From positions 62,001-91,806 of the forward strand of contig JYFJ02001088.1 in the NCBI GenBank assembly GCA_000934665.2: a stretch of DNA of 29,806 nucleotides, written 5' to 3'. The translations under genes and the position numbers were made by a program. Shown piece after piece: positions 1 to 9,982 of the stretch (position 1 is its first letter; the number at the start of each line of letters is the position of its first letter). Source of the stretch: Catajapyx aquilonaris (taxonomy: Eukaryota). A model generated the notes under the pieces. That model worked only from the letters and a program-made list of their open reading frames with translations, did no database searches and had not been told where the DNA came from.

Positions 1-119
1 TGTAAGGCATTCATACGCACTAGCAAACATGCAAAATGCCCATGATATGCTTTACGGCAGTGGTCTGGAACCGATCCTGCCATGTTAGCGAGGTATGCTT
101 GTACTTTCATATTTTCCAT

Positions 120-204
120 AATTGAAGGGTCGCCCCGAATAATGTTGTAAGTGATAACGGTAACCAATGTCACTTACAACATTATTCGGGGTGACCCTTC
201 AATT
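120..204. repeat. 35-bp inverted repeat with 15-nt loop (foldback/MITE-like) in a spartin intron
   Basis: Arms 120-154 and 170-204 are reverse complements at 34/35 positions. Confidence 0.9.
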
Positions 205-427
205 TCTGCATAAGACATGCGAAATAAAGCTTGAGCACAGCTTCCTGCTACTTTCATTCATAAATGCTACATTTTTCTAGTTAACTGCTCTTTATACTAA
301 TTAAACCATAATTAATCCTGGCTTGAGTCACTTTGGGTGCAGTCATTTGATACTCTGCAGCCCTTGCTTGCAAAACTTCCTACTTGTATGGCATATGTTG
401 CATTGTTTGTATTGTGTAATTTTGCAG

Positions 428-1465
428 CTGCAGAGAAGATTGCCCAGGGGTTGATGTACGGGGCGGAGAAAGCTGGTGAATGGATGAACGTGGGTACAGA
501 GAAACTGAAGCAGAACCTGAAGCCAGACGCCCAGGAGAAGCAGGTCGACCCCAAGGTGAAAAAGGGAGTAAGGACAGCTAGGAATGTGACTGGGACTGCA
601 GTGAAGGTGTCCGGGTTTGTCGGTAAGCACTGGATGTTGACGCAATGGTGGAAAAAGTGTGCATATCCACTTGGTACTAATGTGCAGAGTAGCATAACTA
701 AGCCCTGTTTTATCGTGTTGATAGTGTCACGTGTGGGCATGGCAACAATGGCACTGGGTCGCTACCTGGCACCCCACATCCGCAAGCAAGGTTCCAAGTT
801 GGTGTCCAAAGTGACCAAAAGTGATGAGAGGAGGGCTTCTCAACAGGTGGATAATGTGTTGGAGGTGGCTTCTGGAGCACTGCAAGGGTTTGGCACCATT
901 TACGTTGGGCTGGAAGGAGCGGCCAAGACGCTGGCTTCAAACCTCACCAACAACACTGTACAGGTTGCGCAGCACAAGTGAGTAGCATCAGTGTGCAAAG
1001 GCGATGTTATCTCAAAGTCAGCCTATCAGAGAGGAAGTTTGCAGAGCAATTCGCAAGATTAGTTTGGAAAGATCTCTTGAGATTGCCTAAGAGGAGAAGT
1101 TGATGTTGGGCCAATCATGCAATACAACTTGTAATGATTGAAAAATACATTTCATTCTGACTGAGTATCAATGGATAATATGATGTTGATTTAATTGCAG
1201 GTATGGGCAGGATGTTGGAGAAGTAACGTCGGATACCATGCATACTGTTGGATATGCCATGATGACTGGACATAATGTAAGTGCCCTTGGCGTCAAAGGG
1301 TTGGCAAAGAAGACCGCAAAAGATGCGGGTAAAGCACTGGTTGAAGATTACCATACAAGGCAAAAGGGAGCCCAGGGTGGTGATCCGAAAGGAGAAAAGA
1401 GCCAGTCTCCTAGCGCATCAGAAAAGAGCCAATCACCGACTACTCCAGAAAAACCACCCAAGTAA
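428..1465 (+). CDS. SPART: Spartin, 3' part (senescence/spartin-associated domain); 5'-partial, join(428..622,725..977,1201..1465)
   Basis: The spliced translation (AEKIAQGLMYGAEKAG...KVSGFV|VSRVG...LAPHIRKQGSKLV...GFGTIYVGLEGAAK...QHK|YGQDVGEVT...GVKGLAKKTAKDAGKALVEDY) follows the spartin C-terminal domain (human ...LAPHVKKHGSKLV...GFSTVWQGLECAAK...YKYG...GIKAMVKKTA). Introns 623-724 and 978-1200 are GT-AG with matching phases; stop TAA at 1463-1465. Confidence 0.93.
1394..1455 (+). repeat. 27-nt coding tandem repeat in the spartin C-terminal tail (EKSQSPSAS-EKSQSPTTP-EK)
   Basis: GAAAAGAGCCA at 1394 and 1421, GAAAA at 1448: a 27-nt period. Confidence 0.75.
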
Positions 1466-1931
1466 TGCCAGCACAACACTTTCGTGTCAAAATCATTTGT
1501 TTATATTTTTGCAACGGATTGTTTATTTTTGCAATGTACTACTGTAGCTCTTAACAAGAAAATGGGGGTCATTCCACAAGTGTGATGTACAGTACAGGTA
1601 TTTAAAAATGAATGTTTAGAAAAGGCTATGTAAAATATTTTAAAGTTTATTTTGTAGTATCAAAAGGACTGTCCAATATTTCCGTAAACATGCAGCGTTT
1701 TCATGTGAGCTTCGCAAATTTCAGAACCTTGACACAAGCTGTACGATATCCAAATGTTTCCAAGGCTTATCGAACATTAGTCAAGTTTCTGTAATTTGAC
1801 GCTGACCAGGGGAAACCCAATTAGGCCTTCGTTAGCATATATCTGTGAAGAGAGAGAAGTACTGCACCGTGTACTCAAAGTGAGATTATCCATGCAATGT
1901 TGTGTAACCTTACATTTGCAAATTACGAGCT

Positions 1932-1937
1932 AATAAA
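1932..1937 (+). promoter_or_regulatory. Candidate polyadenylation signal of spartin
   Basis: AATAAA about 470 nt after the spartin stop codon. Confidence 0.5.
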
Positions 1938-2433
1938 ATACTTACGTTACTTAAAGGATGGATTTCATTTTGATATTCCGCAGCTGCTTGTAGAAATCGA
2001 TGATGTGCTCTCAAGTTGAATTACAAGGTGTATAGTCGATATTGGATTATTGGTACTGATTAACTTATTGTCAATGTCTTTCATGTGTAGGATCCAATCT
2101 GTTGGGCATGTCATTGATATTCCACTTTACTTGCCTATAAAATGCATGGTTGTACCATCCTCATGACAGCGTGATGACTGATGCAAAATTATCAGGATAG
2201 TGCAAAGTGCATAATGAGAATTATTTGGGGCAGTTGTAACAATTTTATTAACTAGAGTAACAATATCATATGTTATAAAATGGGTTGATTTTTTCCACTG
2301 CCAAGATGATTTTTGTAGCATTGTTACCATTATACATATACATTATACATGTGAAAGGGAACAATTTTTCCAAAAGCTTTGAAGTGTAAGGCAAATACAA
2401 AGTATCCAAAAGTCAAAACACAGTAAATTTCAA

Positions 2434-2632
2434 CAGTTGACTCTGGATACAACAGCCTTGGTTATAGCCGACACAAAAGGCTGGTCCAAGGCATATAGGC
2501 CCTGTGTATTTGGATATTTATTTATTTCGTACCCCGTTGGGCTGTACAAGCCTTTAGGGGGTGTATTTGGATATAAGAAACCTCGGTTATAGGATACTGA
2601 CCCTTCAAGTCAGTTATATTCAGAGTCGACTG
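2434..2632. mobile_element. pogo/Tigger-like MITE, 199 bp, degenerate
   Basis: Terminal inverted repeats CAGTTGACTCTGGATACAAC (2434-2453) and GTTATATTCAGAGTCGACTG (2613-2632) match at 17/20 and begin CAGT as in pogo/Tigger TIRs. Flanks AA/CA are each one change from a TA TSD. Internal duplications of GGTTATAG and TGTATTTGGATAT. Confidence 0.7.
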
Positions 2633-2698
2633 CATTACCATGTAAATAGCACCAAGCATCATTCGGGCATGAATGTGCCAAACCCCACTGCAACACCT

Positions 2699-2704
2699 TT
2701 TATT
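2699..2704 (-). promoter_or_regulatory. Candidate polyA signal overlapping the stop codon (TAATAAA)
   Basis: The minus strand reads TAATAAA at 2705-2699; further AATAAA copies lie near 2517-2526. Confidence 0.35.
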
Positions 2705-3932
2705 AATCATAACTGATCTGAAATGTTTGCTGTATCTCAGGCACTTGTATCTCTTGATACTGAGTAGCAGATTCTTTTGCTGGACTTGCACACGCAAACT
2801 CCTCTATATGAGTGCTGCAGGCAGCACTGGTGTGGCAGCCTTGCTCCAAACTCAGTCCTTCCGTAGGTGCCACCGACACAATTATAATTTGTTGTGACAT
2901 CCCTTCACCTTCCGTCGTCTCCTTGTTACTCCTGGACCGAGGCTTTCTTCTAGGAGTCCTTTGCGAGGCGAACGGACCAATCATGTTTCGAAGCACAGTC
3001 AAGTCTGAAGATTTCACTTCTTTATGAAACACCTTGCTGTACAGCCACATTTTAATTTTTGGGAGGTATCCCTTTACGAGTTGACCTGAAAGGAAATGGC
3101 ATATAAATACCTCATTTATAAATTTTTTTTAAACAATGATTTTACCTGTAACAGGGTCAAGCCCTTCGGGTTCATGTAGTTGCATATAGTTCCTGTACAA
3201 CTTTGCAATGTTTATTGTATCAACTAGTCCCAAGCATCGCTCTGGCTTCTCCTTCACGTATTTAAGCACATCCATCGACTTGACCACCCGAAGAATGTGG
3301 TCCCTTATGTGCGCGGTGGTCTCCTCAGATATCTTTTTGGGACGTGTGGTATGTTTACCCCGTCCATCTCTCGGGAAAAGAACATTTTCCTCCATCTTCT
3401 TGCAAAGCATGCGTATCTTCTTGAAGGTGATGCCATGGATGTGTGCAAAAGCAAGTTTGCATACACGTATCTCTTTCCCCCTGTCACGAACGTAATAAGC
3501 ATAACTGGTGGAGCGACGATCATTCTTGTTGCGTTTACTGGGATCTTGCCTGCGAATCAGCCCAAACAAGTAAGCATTCTGTTCGTCATAGCTGTGCAGC
3601 GCATAGAACCCGGAAAACAGGGAGTTGCGAACTTCTTCTGATACGTTAGTGTAGCAGCTAAGCCGGCATTTGCAGTCAGCCCCAATTTCTCTGGGGCTCA
3701 CGCTCTGCCCACGAGTGTTGACATATGAACAGCCTGCAATGCGAAGACGTTTGCGCTTCTCACGCTTCCACTCTGAAGGGTTCTTATCACGCTTCTTAGG
3801 CTTGGTGGACCCCACCTGGAAATTTCACATAATTAGCACATACATTTTTTTTTTTAAAAAGGTAATCAACTTTCATGACTGGCCGTTGTATGGACTCCGG
3901 TTCAACGCATATTCCCTCACCGTTGCTTCCAT
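2703..3932 (-). CDS. Transposase-derived protein lacking a catalytic domain, ~354 aa; complement(join(2703..3085,3146..3815,3921..3932))
   Basis: ORFs 3129-3815 and 2703-3050 are joined in phase by a 60-nt GT-AG intron (3145-3086). A 105-nt intron (3920-3816) links to an ATG at 3932 that has an upstream in-frame TAG. Motifs WKREKRKRLR.G.SY, C.C...C, F..L.SYDEQNAYLFGLI, RVCK.AF..IHGI, DGRGKH..RP.KI, NIAKLY..Y and Y.KVF recall the N-terminal half of Sola-type invertebrate DNA transposases. The 5' exon is less certain than the other two. Confidence 0.75.
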
Positions 3933-4465
3933 CGGGGTGGCCTCAACTGCTTCAGAGGCCCAGCCTGGCAGCTAGTGCATCCAACCATGAACCTAGAGGA
4001 TCTTCACATGTCTTGACATCGCTTCCTTGATGAGTGAAAACTGTTTTGGTGAAAAGTGAAAACTTCTATGCCCTAAGTCATCAACATAACCAGGAAGAAT
4101 CTGGCTCACTGTGTTTTGTCCACCATATTTGATAGAGTCTTGTCAAGACTGTGGCGGCTTATTTAAACTGAAGCATACATTTCACTTATGATTTAATTGT
4201 ACTATTTGCTGTAACTCGTGTAATGTAATGCAGTGTCGTGTATTAACTTGACGTTAACCCAAGAGTTTGCAATGGAAAAAAAAACAGTCAAATGTCTGCT
4301 GAACATTGAACGCTGGGCATTTGATGCGGACTTTTTCTGCAATAAGTAGACTTCAGATAAAGTATATTACAGCAAACTTTATTCTAAATATGTTGCTGAC
4401 AACTCTAGTACAGGTTACAAAACTGGGTATGATACCAAAAAAAAAATGACACTAAACAGTAGAGC

Positions 4466-4566
4466 TATTTTCTTCTGCGTTTTATTTTGTTAATTTCTTT
4501 TTATAGGTGTTCATAGCTCTATGAACACCTTTAAAAAAATTAAAAAATTAAACGCAGGAGAAAATA
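4466..4566. repeat. ~100-bp imperfect foldback just 3' of the MATH gene stop
   Basis: Perfect core AGGTGTTCATAG-ct-CTATGAACACCT (4505-4530); arms extend to TATTTTCTTCTGCGTTT and AAACGCAGGAGAAAATA with about 3 mismatches and 3 gap positions. Confidence 0.85.
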
Positions 4567-4580
4567 TTTATGCTACCGAA

Positions 4581-5316
4581 TTATTGTTTGGCATATATCT
4601 TGGTGGTATCCGTGGTCACCACTCCGAAGTCGACCTGAAACCATATGGACAAGGTGAGGGTGTCGCCCTGCAAGAGGTGGTAAGCACTGCTGCGCAGGTC
4701 GTCCACACACATGAAGTCTGGCCATCCATGGACGTTCCTGGAGGGTGTGAACACGTCTGGACCACCAGATATTGTCCTGTGTCGTTTTCCAGAGCTGACC
4801 ACAGTCACCTTCCGCTTGGCGATGGTCACTGACGGACCAGGAGCAGGGTCATCCAGGGGTTGGTCGGAGTAGTTGTATTCGAACAATATGGACATGCTGT
4901 TCGGAAATGTTGCGTCGTTGCCCTTCGGGTACACGGCCACTGTGAAGTTCCCGGGTACGGACTGATCACTGACCGAGAATGGAGTTGAGGTCAACTTCTC
5001 TTGAATCTGGTCATCTAGAAACGAGCTGAAGTGTTGAATGGACCATCGATGGCTGAAGGTTTTTCTCTTCCTGCAGGTCACCAGTGTTGTAGCCGTTTCA
5101 CAGGCTGGATCAGAAATTAAGCAGGCTTCAATCAGAACAATGGTGGCCTTTGAATTAAAATGTGCTTACCTTCAACAAATATCTGCAATGTCGCTTCAAG
5201 TGGCGGGGGAATAAATATTGCCTGTCACGTATGTGCCAAAATCTAAAATTGGCTTGAAATACTGGGAAACGCGCCTTTTATATACCCACCAATCTATGTG
5301 CACATAAGTTGGGCAT
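4581..5316 (-). CDS. MATH/TRAF-domain-only protein (SPOP-type MATH, no BTB), ~200 aa; complement(join(4581..5104,5170..5221,5290..5316))
   Basis: MATH hallmarks FSHRWSIQHFS, LTSTPFSV, VYPKG, SMSILF and HGWPDFM..DDL.....LLQGDTLTL. Two short GT-AG introns (5289-5222, 68 nt, phase 0; 5169-5105, 65 nt, phase 1) link the domain exon in frame to ATG 5316. The small 5' exons are inferred from splice signals only. Confidence 0.78.
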
Positions 5317-6452
5317 CAAATAGAATATTGGTTGAATATGATTGCCGACCGAAGATTTTTTTTAATGGAGTAGGAGGTCAGCGTATTTTTTAAAACGACT
5401 TTGCCTTGGCGTGGACATGGCAACAACAATTAATTACGCCGTTAAACATGCAAATTGAAATTATCAATGTGTTTCATCAGTGAAGTGTTTGTACAATGCA
5501 GGAGACAAAAAATGACGTACTTGGCTCCTGTGGATATAAGTTATAAAACGGTCAAACAACTTTTGACAATCACACAGGTTCATTCTGCCTTGAAATTTTT
5601 TTCTGAGATAATAATTTTATTACGTTTAATATTCCAGTATGTACAGTACAGCATGCCAGAGTGAACGATGGAATTGTTTACAGGCAAAGTACACGATATG
5701 CACTTGATTGCACAGTTCATTGAACGCAATAGTACTCCTCCAACTTTTTAGGCCATCTCTTATCTAATTGCAACCCAAGGAGATATTGCTACATGAATTA
5801 TTGACGCAGAAACATAATAATCCTTCGGGACAAAGAACGAATAATCCTTACGCAAATGTTGTCATGTCAACTGCTGGTAATATTTGCACGTGCCAGTCAG
5901 GCTGTTCGCACTGATTAAAACCGTGTTTATTTATGGTGGAAAATATCACCGGAAATTACACGTTAGACACTCCTTAGAATAATACAACACTATATATTGC
6001 ATCAATCTACAAAGCGATAACTGCTGGAAAGAGCATATACATATTACATAAATAATATTAAATAACATAATATAAATATGAACAAAACGTATGGCAAATA
6101 GACCTGTGTATAACTACACATAATAGGCCTACTAATATAAATCCAAATATCTTCGCTGAATATCGCAGGAAATTGCAGCGAATATTTCAAGGCCACTCGC
6201 TCTCCCTAATGAATCGGGTTAGGAAATGAACTTTGCCACAACAATAAAGGCTTCCAAAGGTTATTCGCACCACCTCCAGGATACAGACAGATAAGGGTAA
6301 AATGCACTCCGTCAATGCGCAGTCAGATAGTGCCAGTCTAGACCATGCCCATGTTGAAGACGCTCATTTGGAGACACCCTAAGGCAAGTCCCCATCCAAT
6401 ATTTTTTTGTGTGTGCATAACTGATCATTAATTTCGCAAAAAAATTGGTGGC

Positions 6453-6682
6453 CCGGTTGTGGTCAGTTTGCAACAGAGGCGTATCCGAATGTCCTCCGAT
6501 GCACGACAACACGTGCAGGTGGGGCCTGAAAAATGTCCGGTTCAAAAGCGCAAACGCTTTTCCATCGATCCAGTGCAGGGTGGTCCTAGCTCCTCCTCAG
6601 GCCAGTCTATTCATAAGAGACAAGTACCTAACATACACAGAAACCGGGGTATAGCCGGGTGTTGTGTACTGGCCACCAGAGG
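6453..6682 (+). other. Candidate distal first exon of the TRIM gene (Inr to splice donor)
   Basis: Arthropod-type initiator TCAGTT at 6453-6458, locally higher GC, strong donor AGG|GTGAGT at 6682/6683. Confidence 0.4.
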
Positions 6683-9377
6683 GTGAGTTACGCACTATTT
6701 TAGTAGCAATGCTTGGTGGGTGGTAGGGTGGATTTTATTGAATGAGTATGTCCATGGATCGAAGTCAGTGAGTCATACGTGGCAGGTGAAACTCAGTGTG
6801 TCATACCAATATGGGGTAAGTGCATGATTCTTTGGAGTGTCACATATGGTGTTGCGTAACTGGGGAAAAAGGACACGTTCTGGATGTAAAATCTAGTTTT
6901 TAGTGACGTCTCGGATGGTGGTTGACTAAGGTCGAGATTACGGGACGTTAGACAATAGGCTCATAAAATGCAACGACACGTTACGTGCATCTCTCTCAAT
7001 ATGTCACAAAAATAACTGCACAATGTGACTATTAAATAATGGGGACTGAGCTCAAAATTAGAAAAAAATGGGGGCATAAAATGTGTAACTCTTACTGGTA
7101 CAATAATGAAACTTTTTACGTCCATATGTTGCCGCAGCTCATACATACGTAAATGTGCAATTAATACACAATGACATTAAAATAATTGCTGTACGTATTT
7201 GTACACCCACCAAAAGTGGACTTAATTGGTTGTTTTTGATCTCAGACCCCTCATATGTTGGTAATAATCACGTGTAAAGTCAGGTGGCTGGTAATATAAG
7301 GTACAACATATTTGTTACCAGATATGATATGGATTGCACTCGTGCAAAACCTCGACGAGTAGACCATACATGATAATAGATAAGGTCACATCCTTGCTGA
7401 GATTCAATAGATTGGGTGGCTTATCGGATATTGGGAGCACATGAACATGTTTTGTCAGCGAAGTTTGGAAAACGGGCAAGGTCACAGGGTCATGGTTATT
7501 GGACCGACGATTTTCACATTCAAGGTTGTTTCGTGCACCTGACTGCAGCCAGATAAGAACAGTTATGGCCCCTGTTGATTGTCCGTGTGTGGTAATAACT
7601 AATAAGGAAGTGGAATTTATAATTGCTTGTAATTGCAAGTGATGTGAAAACAAGTGTACGATCGGAACTAATATCAGGTCACGTATTTCATATGAATTGG
7701 AAATATCTCCCGATTTTTTTTCTTTTCGTCAACGGATTGCAACCATAGCAAAACCACCATTGTGTATGACTACATTTGCAACGCTGTGAAAATAGCTCAC
7801 TAACAGTGCTCTGCAACTTCACACTTCAAGGCCGATTAGTCAGTTCAACCAATTTTTTTTCAACATCTTCCCTAGCAAAAATTTCTCACATTATTGTGTG
7901 CAAGGGCATACTCTTTCAACCATGCAATAGTGGTTACGGTGCAGAAAATGTTTTTTAATATATAAATATAAAATATTTCTCTGCATTGTAACCTTGCTCT
8001 GAATTGCTAATGTCGAGTATGACGTTACATGTTACGGCGTCCTATTTGCATACCCAGCACCAATTAGCTGCTATCTCCACACATATATTATTGCACCCAT
8101 GGTAGAACCGGAGGAAGTAGAGTGTTTCGCTTCGTTGCCATTAGGAGTTCCAAATGGCTGCCTCCAAAAAACTACCCCCCTCTCAACCTTCCTCAACGGG
8201 CCATAACTACCCTCCAAAAAATTAACCAGTCGCTCACAGACGCTTCCATCGGACAGACACCCTCGGGACAACATTGTTGTAAAAATAATGCCCATTGTCA
8301 TATAGTCAGCCAATTGTTGTTTTTTTTTTGTTTAAAAAACTCGCGTGTGACGTGCTTTTCTGCACATGATTCCGCAAAGAACCGGTCACCGGAACGGGGC
8401 TCTTGGGAGGAACAGACATTCTCGGAGGAACGGCCAAAGTTGCGGCTTTGTGCTGAGAGAAGCTCGTCTTGTATGGAGTGTCCGATCAGGATGAAGTGAG
8501 TAATTGTTGCAATGTTTCCTAATAGCTGTTTTCATGCGGCAGTGCAATTTTTTTTGTGCAATTTCCGGATGTGAACTATTGTTCGTGAATTATGCAAAAA
8601 TTTGCATGCCGAACATGCTAATTACGTGCACGGTATTGCATGATTCGCAGTATTAAGTATTTCGCAAGTGATGGCTGGGTTTCTAATATTGCCGCTTGGT
8701 TACAGCGCGATTGAACCAGTCACTACTAGATGGCGTTACATGTCGCGTAATATCACTGAGCAATTTAATCAGGCTTCAGTACGAATCGTTCAGAAAACAG
8801 GAAATTCAGATTTAGTCAATATTTTCAGGTGACCTTGCCAATTGGAGGTTGGGCTAATTGTGAAAATGTTACCTATTTGGAAAAATTGAGTAACCAATCA
8901 GACAACCTGGTTTTGATAATTACCTACTCAAATTTTGATTATGAAATTACAATAACATGCTCCAGGAAAGTATTAGACCACGATTTTGGCACACACTTTT
9001 TTGTTAAAGCGCAATTACGGTTGTCGAGTACGTACAACAGCGTAGATAAGTGGTTATGACAATTTAATTCGTGGGGTGGCCATATATTTGCATAAGTTTG
9101 AAAGTCATATCAGCCCCATGTTGCAATGGGGGGGATAATTAAAAGTGTAACTTTTTTGTGTGCCTCGGCCTTCATGTGACATTTCAAGGATGCCCGTACT
9201 GTACCGCCTGACCCTCCGAAAGGTCGCGTCGCAGTGACATTCAAAATGCCCGAATCTGACGGTAAAAATGAGCAATTAATTAATTGCGCCATACATTACT
9301 AAGTAGGAGAGCAATAAACCGTTGTGTTTACTCACACGCTTGACCATGACGGACAACCAGAGCGTCAAGTGCGCGGG

Positions 9378-9387
9378 TATATAAAAG
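9378..9387 (+). promoter_or_regulatory. TATA-box-like element with unknown target
   Basis: TATATAAAAG flanked by GC-rich sequence (GCGCGGG...GTCACCGG). Confidence 0.25.
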
Positions 9388-9842
9388 GTCACCGGTATGT
9401 CGAAACACACTTGACCGCGATTCTTGCCCCAAAGAGTTCATCTTTACTCAGGATCCCGTGGCCTTGATTGGCTATTTATCCTCCATGGGGCGGTCAGCAC
9501 TTTCTCATTTACATATGCACCTGCTTGCTCAGAAAGAAAGGTCTTAACACACGCACATAGGACCTGTTTATTCTTACTTTATATAAGTAAACGTTTACTT
9601 ACAAAATAATAGTTAAAAGGTGGGATTTTCTTTGGGGGGGTTACTCGCTTGTAATTTTTAGCATTACAGCAGATCGTGATATTATGACTATCCTTTTTGA
9701 AAAAATAGGCAAAAAATTTATTAATATTAATTTCGTACATAGTTGTGGAATTATCAAATTTTATATCAGTTATGTACTTGTTTAGTAGGTAAGCTGCGAA
9801 AATTGTGGTGGTCTTAAGCACCTAGTGGTTGTGAATACAAAT

Positions 9843-9982
9843 GGGCGTATGCAACAAAATTGTCACCATATTTTGACAAAATCATATGTAATTATTAAGT
9901 AATCATTATTATTGATGCATGATTATGCATTTTGACATGTAGGACATGAGTGGGGAAAAAAACAATCGTGTTGCATACGCCC
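9843..9982. mobile_element. Candidate MITE, 140 bp, with 14-bp perfect TIRs
   Basis: GGGCGTATGCAACA (9843-9856) and TGTTGCATACGCCC (9969-9982) flank an AT-rich interior; no clear TSD. Confidence 0.55.

Noticed and set aside
61..92. Possible 32-nt spartin mini-exon (CAG|...AG|GTATGC)
   Set aside because: The frame required to join the phase-1 acceptor at 428 contains TAG (86-88); no supportable model.
312..940. Minus-strand ORFs of 142, 100 and 76 aa
   Set aside because: Antisense shadows of spartin exons with no recognisable domain.
3208..4832. Plus-strand ORFs of 68-114 aa
   Set aside because: They lie opposite the minus-strand coding exons and have no motifs of their own.
8122..8499. 125-aa plus-strand ORF
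   Set aside because: Non-ATG start, runs through a poly-T tract, no domain; only its terminal splice donor is of interest.
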